Shown piece after piece: positions 10,890 through 18,738 of a stretch of DNA of 64,000 bases. This DNA comes from Anaerolineae bacterium (GTDB lineage Bacteria; Chloroflexota; Anaerolineae; Aggregatilineales; Phototrophicaceae). The notes under the pieces were generated by a model, which saw nothing but the letters and a program-made list of their open reading frames with translations, was not told the origin of the DNA and searched no databases. Both the position numbers and the translations under genes were made by a program. Location of the stretch: positions 62,197-126,196 of the forward strand of contig JALHNT010000013.1 of the NCBI GenBank assembly GCA_022843385.1. Reading direction: 5' to 3'. How positions within the stretch are numbered: the stretch's first letter is position 1; the number at the start of each line of letters is the position of its first letter.

Positions 10890-11435
10890 ATGACCGTCTT
10901 GATCACGACTCAACGGCTGCGACTGCGGTCGTTTCAGCCCGATGATCTGGATGTCTACTGGCGAGTGGTCTATGGCGACGCGGCTGTCATGGTCTATATG
11001 CCTGGTGGTGTCCCACGCAGCCGAGAGAAAACCAGCGAGGTGCTGGAGTTCTCGATTGAACACGAACGTGAGCATGGCTTCAGCCTGTGGGCGGTGGAGA
11101 TACTGGCGGATAGCAGTTTTCTCGGTCACTGTGGGTTGATACACCTCAAGACTGGCGAGGTCGAAATCGCCTACGCTCTGGGTAAATCTGCCTGGGGACA
11201 GGGCTACGCTTCCGAGGCGGCCCGCGCGGCGCTAGGCTATGGTTTTGAACAGGCGAATCTGGCATATATCCTGGCGCTGGCTGACCCAGACAATCTGGCC
11301 TCGCAGCGCGTGATGCAGAAGATCGGGATGCGCGGGTTGGGCTTCACAGAAGCGTATTATCAGGCACGGTTGGCGCTTTATCGGATGGATCGGGCAGATT
11401 GGTCGGGCGGGCAAATCAGTTCCATCAGTGGTTGA
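10890..11435 (+). CDS. GNAT N-acetyltransferase (RimJ/RimL family)
   Basis: TQRLRLR, EIAY, WGQGYASEAA and N.ASQRVMQKIGM motifs. Confidence 0.9.
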   Translation: MTVLITTQRLRLRSFQPDDLDVYWRVVYGDAAVMVYMPGGVPRSREKTSEVLEFSIEHEREHGFSLWAVEILADSSFLGHCGLIHLKTGEVEIAYALGKSAWGQGYASEAARAALGYGFEQANLAYILALADPDNLASQRVMQKIGMRGLGFTEAYYQARLALYRMDRADWSGGQISSISG

Positions 11436-11503
11436 GCGAAGAAAAATCGCTATAATCACGAAAAGCGTTACATCATCTGGTTGCCCTAGAAAGTACCGAC
11501 ACT

Positions 11504-12469
11504 ATGTCGTCTGATTCGCCGCTTCAGTCATTGATCACCCGTGCCGATGCCATCTACGATGCCTGGGAAGCCGGCACATTGAATGACGATGTTGCTCTGC
11601 ACGAACTCGACGAGGTCATCGGCGAAGCGCGCAAGCTGGAGCAACCGGGTGCGCTGCTTTCCGGACTGAACAATCGCACGATCATCCTCCGTTATATCGG
11701 TGCGTTTGATCAGACCTTACAGACCAATCAGGAATTGTACGAGATCGCCCTGCACCACAACAATCAGCTTTACCTGAGCTGGGCGGCCCTGTGTCGGGGC
11801 GATGTTTTCCGCTTGCAGGCCAAATATGAAATGGCGCGTGATGCCTTCCGTGAAGCCTATCGCTTCGCCCATGCCGCTCAGGATTATCTGGCCGAGGCTT
11901 ATGCGCTGCAACTGGAGGCCGTTGTCGTCCTGGCGACGAAGCAGATCGATAATGCGCAGATGCTCGCTGAAAAAGGGCTGAGCTGCATCGACCAGTACAT
12001 CGAATCTGCCTCACGCCGCGATCCGATCTACAGCTCACTGCAATCCAGCCTCTATCAACTGCTGGCACGCTGTGCTCTCGCGCAAGGCTCAGTACAAACT
12101 GGCTGGGAACACGCTCGCCAGGCGTTGGAGCGCGCTCAGAAGCGTAACAGCTTCATCGAGATCGGCAACACCTACCACGTCTTTGCCGATCTCGCAGCCT
12201 TCGCGCCAGATCAGATTCCGGCAGATCTACCAACAGACCTCGACCACTACTACGTAACCGCTATCAGCCATTTTCGCACCGCCGGTGCCGAGCCGGAGAT
12301 CGCCTCAACCAGCCTCGAATATGCCCGCAGCCTGCATCAGCGGGGCCGCACTGCCGAAGCTATCCCGCTGCTGGAAGAAGCTACCTCATTGCTTAAACGG
12401 TTGCAGCGCGCCGTCGATTTCTTCAGCGCCAACTCGCTGCTCAACCAGTATCGCAAGCTGCTTGCTTAA
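11504..12469 (+). CDS. Tetratricopeptide-repeat protein
   Basis: All-helical sequence with TPR-like A/L/G periodicity (e.g. RGRTAEAIPLLEEA). Confidence 0.7.
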   Translation: MSSDSPLQSLITRADAIYDAWEAGTLNDDVALHELDEVIGEARKLEQPGALLSGLNNRTIILRYIGAFDQTLQTNQELYEIALHHNNQLYLSWAALCRGDVFRLQAKYEMARDAFREAYRFAHAAQDYLAEAYALQLEAVVVLATKQIDNAQMLAEKGLSCIDQYIESASRRDPIYSSLQSSLYQLLARCALAQGSVQTGWEHARQALERAQKRNSFIEIGNTYHVFADLAAFAPDQIPADLPTDLDHYYVTAISHFRTAGAEPEIASTSLEYARSLHQRGRTAEAIPLLEEATSLLKRLQRAVDFFSANSLLNQYRKLLA

Positions 12470-13326
12470 CCTGCCTTCTCTGCCACCAGGCCGAACATCA
12501 GCGGCAGGCTGGGCAGGTGCGCCGGCGGGAGCATTCGCTTGCCTTCGCTTTCGCGCATCCCGTCGAACAATTTGGCTCCGTTGCTGTAGGGGTACTCGCG
12601 CAGAGTCGTCAACCGCAGCCCGGCATCGGTCAGCGCCGTGACCACCTCGCCGATGCCCCACAGATGCTCATGACTACGATGGGGATTGACGAAATCCTTC
12701 ACCCCTTCGACGTAACCGGAAGGCGTCAGCGCCTCACCCGCCAGCGCCACATAATCGCCCACGCCATCTTCCCAGGTCACGCCTTCGGGTGGCGGGAAAT
12801 AGTCGAAGTGCAGCGACCAGTCCCACTCGAACACGCTGGCGAAGGGATGAAACTCCACCAGCGCAAACCGGCCACCCGGCTTAAGCATCCGGCTGATGCC
12901 TTGTCCCCAGCCGCGAATATCGGAGAGCCAGAAAATCGCTCCATAAGAGGAAAATACCCGGTCGAACTGCTGACCACGCCCGGCAGCTATCTCGAACCAG
13001 TCGAATACATCAGCCCGTTCGAACGTCCCCGGAATGCCGGAGTCACGGCTCAGTTGACGAGCGAACTCGATGGCCGTATCGCTGATGTCCACGCCGGTGA
13101 CTATCGCCCCTAGCTGCGCCAGACTGAGCGTATCCTGCCCGGCATTGCACTGAAGGTGCAGCAATGTCTTGCCCTGAATGTCCCCCAGCAGCTCCACTTC
13201 TTCCGGGAACAGGGTGCTGCCGCCCTGCCGCAGAAAGCCAGCCTGGTCGGCTTTATGGCTGTTGTGCGCCTCGGTTGCCAGGTTCCAGGCGCGGCGGTTG
13301 TCTTCATGTTGATCTTTGCGAATCAT
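12466..13326 (-). CDS. Class I SAM-dependent methyltransferase
   Basis: LLHLQCNAGQDT, VTGVDIS, LKPGG and EFHP motifs. Start placed after AAAGGA. Confidence 0.88.
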   Translation of the reverse strand: MIRKDQHEDNRRAWNLATEAHNSHKADQAGFLRQGGSTLFPEEVELLGDIQGKTLLHLQCNAGQDTLSLAQLGAIVTGVDISDTAIEFARQLSRDSGIPGTFERADVFDWFEIAAGRGQQFDRVFSSYGAIFWLSDIRGWGQGISRMLKPGGRFALVEFHPFASVFEWDWSLHFDYFPPPEGVTWEDGVGDYVALAGEALTPSGYVEGVKDFVNPHRSHEHLWGIGEVVTALTDAGLRLTTLREYPYSNGAKLFDGMRESEGKRMLPPAHLPSLPLMFGLVAEKAG

Positions 13327-13342
13327 GGTCAGGTCCTTTCCA

Positions 13343-13370
13343 GTGCTAAGTGCCAAGTGTAAAGTGCTAA
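13343..13370 (+). repeat. Imperfect heptamer tandem repeat (GTGCTAA-like x4)
   Basis: gtgctaa gtgccaa gtgtaaa gtgctaa. Confidence 0.75.
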
Positions 13371-13491
13371 GGCTGTTGCAGAAAAATGTCTAGCCCATAT
13401 CCATAGGTGTTCTCCCCTAGGGGCGCAATATACTGCGCCCCTACACGGCAATTCGGTTGACCAATGGGAGCCTTATTTTCTTAGAACAGCC
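13371..13491. mobile_element. Putative MITE (IS5-like ends) containing a REP-like palindrome
   Basis: Terminal inverted repeats GGCTGTTgcAGAAAA ... TTTTCTtagAACAGCC, flanked by TAA at 13368-70 and 13492-94. Internal palindrome TAGGGGCGCA-N6-TGCGCCCCTA at 13418-13443. Confidence 0.65.
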
Positions 13492-13510
13492 TAAGTTTGA
13501 ATCGACTGAT

Positions 13511-13537
13511 GACTATCGACTATCGACTATCGACTAT
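13511..13537 (+). repeat. Heptamer tandem repeat (GACTATC) x~4
   Basis: gactatc gactatc gactatc gactat. Confidence 0.85.
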
Positions 13538-13539
13538 GT

Positions 13540-15186
13540 TCACAGCCGCCCCATCTTCTGCATGTAATCGGTGTAGCCGCCGGGATAACCGCGCAGGCCA
13601 CCATCCCGCAGTTCGACCACTCGATCCACTACCCGATCCAGAAAATAACGATCATGCGAAATCGTCAGGATCGAGCCTTCAAAGTCCTCCAGCGCACTCT
13701 CCAGCACCTCGACGGCATAGATGTCGAGGTTGTTGGTCGGCTCATCCAGCAGCAGCAGGTTGGGATTTTGCAGCATCAGGCAGGCCAGTTGTAAGCGGCT
13801 GCGTTCCCCACCGCTAAAGCCGCCGATGGGCAGCCGGAGCTGGTCATATTTGAACAGGAACTTGAGCAGGAAGGCCACCGCGTCGCCTTCGGCCATCGGC
13901 TTGATGTCGCGCACCAGTTGCAGCGGCGAACGCCCCAGCCAGCCGGCCAGCGTCTGATGCTCCTGCGAGTAATAACCAATGCGGCAGCTGGGGCCGATTT
14001 TGATGACGCCATCCAGCGGCTCCAGCTCGCCCAGCACCAGCTTGAACAGCACTGATTTGCCGGCGCCGTTGGGGCCGATCAACCCAACGCGCTCGCCGTG
14101 CCAAACTTGCAGGTTGAGATCGAGGAACAGCAGATCCTCGCCGAAGCCCATCGTCACCTGGCTCAGTTCCAGCGCCCGATTGCTGCCACGTCCGCCCTCC
14201 AGTTGCAAGTCCATGCGGCGGCGCTCCTGCACCCGCTCGATCACCTCGCCCCGTTCCTCCATGCGTTCCAGCATCCGGCGGCGGCTGCGCGCCTGGCGGG
14301 CATGGCGTTCGCCCACATCGGCACTGGCCTTTAATTCCCATTCATGAATCGCCGCTTCGATCTGGGTGATGCGCTTCTGCTGGGCGACATACTGCTGCTG
14401 CTGGCGCAGACGGCGCAGCTCCACTTCGGTGGCATAAGCGCTGTAGTTGCCCGGATACAATTCCAGCTTGCCCGCGTCGAGTTCAGCGATCTGGGTGGCG
14501 ACCTCATCCAGCAGGTAGCGATCATGCGAGACGATGACCACCGCCCCCTGATAATCGCGGATGAAGGCTTCCAGATGGCGCTTGGCCTCCAGATCGAGGT
14601 GGTTATCCGGCTCATCCAGCAGCAGCACGTGCGGCTGTTCCAGCGCCAGTTGGATCAGCTTCACCAGTTTCTTCTGACCGCCGCTCAGTGACTCGGTGGG
14701 CAGGTCATAGTCGCCGGGTGCAAAGCCCAGCCGTGACAGCAGTTCACGCACCCGCGCCGTGTGCCGGTTGCCTCCCAGTCGTTCATGTTCGGCCAGCGCC
14801 TTCTCCTGCCGCGTCAGCGTCCGTGTCAGACGGGCTTCGTCATTGTAAACCGCCGGGTCGCCCAGCGCGGCTTCGATGCGCGTCAGTTCGGCTTCGACAG
14901 CCGCCAGTTCCGGGGGCGGGTGACGGGCTTCATCCCACAGGGTGCGCCCCGCCTCCAGCGTGACATCCTGCGGCAGATAACCGATGCGGATGCCGCGCAG
15001 CGGGGTAATGCTGCCCCCATCCGGTTGATAGTGACCGGCCAGTGCTTTGAGCAGGCTGGATTTGCCAGCACCGTTTGGCCCGACCAGGCCGGTGCGCTCG
15101 CGGTCATCAATCGCCCAGTTCAGGCCACGAAAAATCTCCCGTCCGGCGTGGTTGATGGTCAGGTTGCTGATGTTGACGATGTGCAT
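13540..15186 (-). CDS. ABC-F family ribosome-associated ATPase
   Basis: Two ABC domains (GPNGAGKS x2, LSGGQ/FSGGE, DEPDNHLD/DEPTNNLD), a helical interdomain linker after GNYS, and no transmembrane segments. Confidence 0.92.
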   Translation of the reverse strand: MHIVNISNLTINHAGREIFRGLNWAIDDRERTGLVGPNGAGKSSLLKALAGHYQPDGGSITPLRGIRIGYLPQDVTLEAGRTLWDEARHPPPELAAVEAELTRIEAALGDPAVYNDEARLTRTLTRQEKALAEHERLGGNRHTARVRELLSRLGFAPGDYDLPTESLSGGQKKLVKLIQLALEQPHVLLLDEPDNHLDLEAKRHLEAFIRDYQGAVVIVSHDRYLLDEVATQIAELDAGKLELYPGNYSAYATEVELRRLRQQQQYVAQQKRITQIEAAIHEWELKASADVGERHARQARSRRRMLERMEERGEVIERVQERRRMDLQLEGGRGSNRALELSQVTMGFGEDLLFLDLNLQVWHGERVGLIGPNGAGKSVLFKLVLGELEPLDGVIKIGPSCRIGYYSQEHQTLAGWLGRSPLQLVRDIKPMAEGDAVAFLLKFLFKYDQLRLPIGGFSGGERSRLQLACLMLQNPNLLLLDEPTNNLDIYAVEVLESALEDFEGSILTISHDRYFLDRVVDRVVELRDGGLRGYPGGYTDYMQKMGRL

Positions 15187-15189
15187 GAT

Positions 15190-15384
15190 TTCCTCCGATC
15201 AGAACGAGGGGCGTCCGGAGGCGCGAATCAAAACGACCACCGGGACGCCCGATGGCCGTTGTATTACGAAAAATGAAAAATCGTTACACGGTTACCAGGC
15301 GCGTCGAACTAAGGCGCGCCCACCGTATGCGTGGTGAGGGAAAAGGACAGGGTGGAATGCGGGGTAACGTGTATCATGTAACGG
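15190..15384 (-). promoter_or_regulatory. Putative attenuator leader of the ABC-F gene
   Basis: Minus strand: hairpin GGCGCG..CGCGCC around the uORF stop. GGTAACCGTGTAACG is complementary to the start region CGTTAC..TACACGTTACC and is followed by TTTTTCATTTTT. A GGGCGTCC/GGACGCCC stem overlaps CCTCCG, which is complementary to the SD CGGAGG. Confidence 0.6.
15309..15377 (-). CDS. Putative leaderless leader peptide MIHVTPHSTLSFSLTTHTVGAP
   Basis: ATG lies 7 nt downstream of TGcTATACT. The frame is open for 22 codons to TAG and is below the ORF-track length cutoff. Confidence 0.55.
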   Translation of the reverse strand: MIHVTPHSTLSFSLTTHTVGAP

Positions 15385-15414
15385 AGTATAGCAGGTAATT
15401 GGTGCTGGGCGCAA
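15385..15414 (-). promoter_or_regulatory. Sigma70-type promoter with extended -10
   Basis: TTGCGC-N18-TATACT, with TG immediately upstream of the -10 box. Confidence 0.6.
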
Positions 15415-15596
15415 TCCATCTTTTGGCGGATCGAAAGGCAATCAGGTGAAATCAGATTTATCCTTCACAGAGCATCTGTGACCAGCGGAGACCCGTTCGC
15501 CTTACCCACTTCCGTGGTGGGAAATATCATCCCATCCGATATAGGGTATACTGCAAAACATAAGCAGAATTCCATCCTCACGAAGGAAATAGAAGC

Positions 15597-16703
15597 ATGA
15601 TCGACATCAATCCGGCGGGTAAGAAGCTGATTTTGTCGTTGGATGGGGGTGGCGTGCGCGGCATCCTGACGGTCGCCATGCTGGCTGAGCTGGAAAAGCT
15701 GACTGGCAAAACCTGTCCCCAGATGTTCGATATGGTGGCTGGAACCAGCACGGGTGCCATCATCGCCGCCGGCATTGGGCTGGGACTTTCGGCTCAGGAG
15801 CTTCTCGATGATGTCTATCGGACGCGGCTACCGCAGGCTTTTCAAAGTCAACCGCAAGGCATCTGGCTTTATTTGCGCTATCTGCTGGGCGGGCTGCGCA
15901 ATCTGTATGATCTCGAGCCCTTCGTTGAGTCACTGGCACCCTTCGCCGCAGGCAAGAAAGTGAGTGACTTCAGCAAACCGATTGTCTTTCTCAGCACCCG
16001 CGATGTGCGTACTGCCAACACCTATTTCATCGTCAGCAGTGGCCCCGGCGCCGCCCGTTTCCGTGACTGGCCGGTCAGTGGAGCTGTCGCCGCCAGCGGA
16101 GCCGCACCGGTTTACTTCGCGCCTGTATTGGGAAACCTGATCGATGGTGGAGTCGGACTTAACGGCAACCCGTGCTTCGCTGCCACGGTCGAGGCGCTGG
16201 AATACATCGGCGCATCCGAAGGATTCACAGCCAACAACGTCATCCTCTTTTCACTCGGCACTGGCTACTCGCCGCGCACCGCGGGTGAAGGTGCAGCCGG
16301 AGGCTTCTGGCTTTATCAGTGGGTGCGCTACATCATCGCCCAGACGCTCGAAGATGCTGGACTCCAGGCGGTCTTCACTTCCCGCGCTGTTTATGGCAAC
16401 CGCGTCGATGTCCGACGCTACAATCCATATCTCGACACCGCCAGCGTCCGCGACATCCTCGGCATTTCACTGACCGGCAAGCCAGACCCCGCGCGGATTG
16501 GTTCTGGACTGGAAGATTTCGCCGCATCGACCATCAACCTACTGGAAGAAATCGGTCGCGCGTATGCCCATAAAGTGAGCTGGACTGAAATCGGCTATCT
16601 GCCCTGGCTCGACTCCGGCCCAGACAAAGGTGAAGGGCGTGATGGTGGTCACCCGCTGCCAGACATCAAAACGGTGAATTGGGCTGGCAGCCTGTTCCAT
16701 TAG
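15597..16703 (+). CDS. Patatin-like phospholipase
   Basis: DGGGVRG, GTSTG nucleophile and DGGV motifs. Confidence 0.92.
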   Translation: MIDINPAGKKLILSLDGGGVRGILTVAMLAELEKLTGKTCPQMFDMVAGTSTGAIIAAGIGLGLSAQELLDDVYRTRLPQAFQSQPQGIWLYLRYLLGGLRNLYDLEPFVESLAPFAAGKKVSDFSKPIVFLSTRDVRTANTYFIVSSGPGAARFRDWPVSGAVAASGAAPVYFAPVLGNLIDGGVGLNGNPCFAATVEALEYIGASEGFTANNVILFSLGTGYSPRTAGEGAAGGFWLYQWVRYIIAQTLEDAGLQAVFTSRAVYGNRVDVRRYNPYLDTASVRDILGISLTGKPDPARIGSGLEDFAASTINLLEEIGRAYAHKVSWTEIGYLPWLDSGPDKGEGRDGGHPLPDIKTVNWAGSLFH

Positions 16704-17137
16704 TCGCCTCGGCCAAAGGTCGCGCGGATACCATCCATTAGAGTGGCCTTTTGTGTCTCGTTCAGGTTCGCGTCTGGATGCAGCAGAACATAATTTGGCA
16801 GTGGCATATCGCCTTTTTCGATCTCTTCGATCATCTCGTCGCTTTCGATTTCGCTGCCGACCTCGGATAGATTGAATTTGCTGCGCCCTTCATTTACATC
16901 ATTCACTACCAGCCACGAAACCGGCGCGATCTGGGCATACCACGGCCACACCGTTTCATTTGAGTGGCAATCCATACAAGTCCCGCGCATCAACTGCTCG
17001 GTTTCCGCTGAATTCCACTCAATCTGTCGAGTGATGGGCGGATTGGTGCGGGCATATCCAGGGACAAGCTGTAAAGCAATCACGATAATCAAGAGGATGC
17101 CGACCGCACCGAGAATGAGATTTCTGCGTTGTAACAT
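16700..17137 (-). CDS. Haem-binding domain c-type cytochrome (Haem_bd family)
   Basis: N-terminal TM helix, CMDCH heme motif, WPWYAQIAP.SWL and MPLPNY..LHP. Confidence 0.88.
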   Translation of the reverse strand: MLQRRNLILGAVGILLIIVIALQLVPGYARTNPPITRQIEWNSAETEQLMRGTCMDCHSNETVWPWYAQIAPVSWLVVNDVNEGRSKFNLSEVGSEIESDEMIEEIEKGDMPLPNYVLLHPDANLNETQKATLMDGIRATFGRGD

Positions 17138-17239
17138 CGTTGTATCTCCTTGTTCAACAGCTTACCATCTCCAGTATCAGTCTACACCCGCGCTGCAAAT
17201 GCGAGGCAGGATCAGCCTCCACAAATGTGATGGATGTAA

Positions 17240-17255
17240 TGTCAGAGCAGTGACA
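17240..17255. promoter_or_regulatory. Palindrome TGTCA-N6-TGACA (Crp/Fnr-family-like site)
   Basis: Perfect inverted repeat with a 6-bp spacer, in the divergent intergenic region upstream of the cytochrome gene. Confidence 0.4.
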
Positions 17256-17346
17256 GTCCTTACTGCCAGCGGCACCACCAGATTCATCCTACTCCGGGCT
17301 ATACTCTGACAGGCTCAGTTTCACAATCTAGAATCGGAGTCCCGTA

Positions 17347-17895
17347 ATGTCCGCGTTGAATGCCATGTTCCTTATAGTAGGGCCGCCTGCCGTCGGCAAG
17401 AGCACCACCAGTCGTGCAGTGGCCGCCCGTTTCCCCCGTAGCATCCATGCCCCAGTGGATGATTTTCGCCATATGGTGGTATCTGGCCTGGCACTGCCAG
17501 GACCGGTCTGGAGTGGGGAGCTGATGCAGCAGATCACACTGGCACGGGCGACCGTCACTGATATGGCAGTAAGGTATCATCAGGCTGGTTTTGCAGTGGT
17601 CATTGATGATTTCTGGGATGCGCGCCTTGCATCGGATTACGGGGTTCTGTTCCAACACCCGGCATTACAGTCGATCATTCTGTACCCGGATCAGGATGAG
17701 GCTCACAAGCGAAATGCGGAGCGTTCTGGTGATACGCCAGCACGTGGCTACATTGACGATGGCATCCGTGATGTCTATCGGCACCTGACCCCCGCTATAC
17801 CGCAGTTGAAACAGGCTGGGTGGCTGATCGTGGATACTACCACAATGACGGTAGAGGCTGCTGTCAACGCCATTCTGTTGCGAAGGTCAGATTAG
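17347..17895 (+). CDS. P-loop small-molecule kinase / AAA family protein
   Basis: GPPAVGKST Walker A, VDDFR and VVIDD, a pattern typical of the nucleoside-kinase/phosphotransferase fold. Confidence 0.78.
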   Translation: MSALNAMFLIVGPPAVGKSTTSRAVAARFPRSIHAPVDDFRHMVVSGLALPGPVWSGELMQQITLARATVTDMAVRYHQAGFAVVIDDFWDARLASDYGVLFQHPALQSIILYPDQDEAHKRNAERSGDTPARGYIDDGIRDVYRHLTPAIPQLKQAGWLIVDTTTMTVEAAVNAILLRRSD

Positions 17896-17901
17896 AGTAA
17901 A

Positions 17902-17940
17902 GAGAGCCAGAGCAGGACATTGCGCACTGCCCTGGCTTTC
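17902..17940. terminator. Probable bidirectional terminator hairpin
   Basis: AGCCAG-AGCAG...CTGC-CCTGGCT-TTC between convergent genes. Confidence 0.55.
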
Positions 17941-17946
17941 GATAGA

Positions 17947-18618
17947 TCAGGGTGTGGTTGTCGGTGGAATGAAGGGTGGTGCAGAATCGCCGCTCATCAA
18001 CGTTGGCATGGGTGAAATTGTCACCACTTCGAAGCGACTGACCCGCAGCGCCAATCCACCTTCGCTGCTGCTGTTTTCGACAACTTCCCCTATCACTTCG
18101 ACTTCTTGATTGTTGCCTGTAGCCGCCAGAAAATCATCTATCAGGATGTCAAGCGTCTTGCCTTGACTGTCGGTCAGAACTGCTTGTCCACTCTCATCCG
18201 CTTTCACCACCAGCATGCCACGGAGTTGGAGTATATCCCCTACCCGCAGCGTTTCCGGGATGGTTGTCTGCAACAGGAGTGAACTTTCGATGAAACTCTG
18301 GGTCGCATCTACAGTCACGACTAACGCGGCTGGATCAAACGGAACGGTTGTTCCCGTCACCACGGCTCCCGTTGGCGCAAAGATCGCGGCACTACTCGAA
18401 TCCGCGCTGGGAGTGGCTGTTGGCGGGGTGAAGGGCAGAATCGTTGTCGCTTGAGCATCAACCGCGATCCCCTCGCCGGTTGGGATCAAGGGCGTGGGTG
18501 GAGCGTTATTCGCGGCAGTCGGCAGTTGAGCGACTGTGGGGAGTACATCCGACGGTTGATTGCCCGAACAGGCTGCCAGCACAATAAGCGCGGCACAGGC
18601 AGCAAACCTTCTCAACAT
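17947..18618 (-). CDS. Lipoprotein, possible OB-fold C-terminal domain
   Basis: GGAGGA SD, lipobox LAAC, Pro/Thr linker and beta-rich C-terminus. Confidence 0.7.
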   Translation of the reverse strand: MLRRFAACAALIVLAACSGNQPSDVLPTVAQLPTAANNAPPTPLIPTGEGIAVDAQATTILPFTPPTATPSADSSSAAIFAPTGAVVTGTTVPFDPAALVVTVDATQSFIESSLLLQTTIPETLRVGDILQLRGMLVVKADESGQAVLTDSQGKTLDILIDDFLAATGNNQEVEVIGEVVENSSSEGGLALRVSRFEVVTISPMPTLMSGDSAPPFIPPTTTP

Positions 18619-18701
18619 GGTTATCCTCCGAAACTGTCCATCATAACGAAACAGCCGAACCATTCGATTCGACTGTTTCCATTTTACATAGTGATTGCAG
18701 T

Positions 18702-18727
18702 GAAACCCGGCGTTTCCACCGGGTCTC
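18702..18727 (-). terminator. Terminator-like hairpin after the giant protein gene
   Basis: GAGACCCGG-TGGAAACG-CCGGGTTTC on the minus strand. Confidence 0.55.
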
Positions 18728-18738
18728 AATCCCACAGC

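Noticed and set aside
15597-16703. Patatin as a CBASS CapV-type defence effector
   Set aside because: No CD-NTase, Cap2/Cap3 or other defence gene is adjacent.
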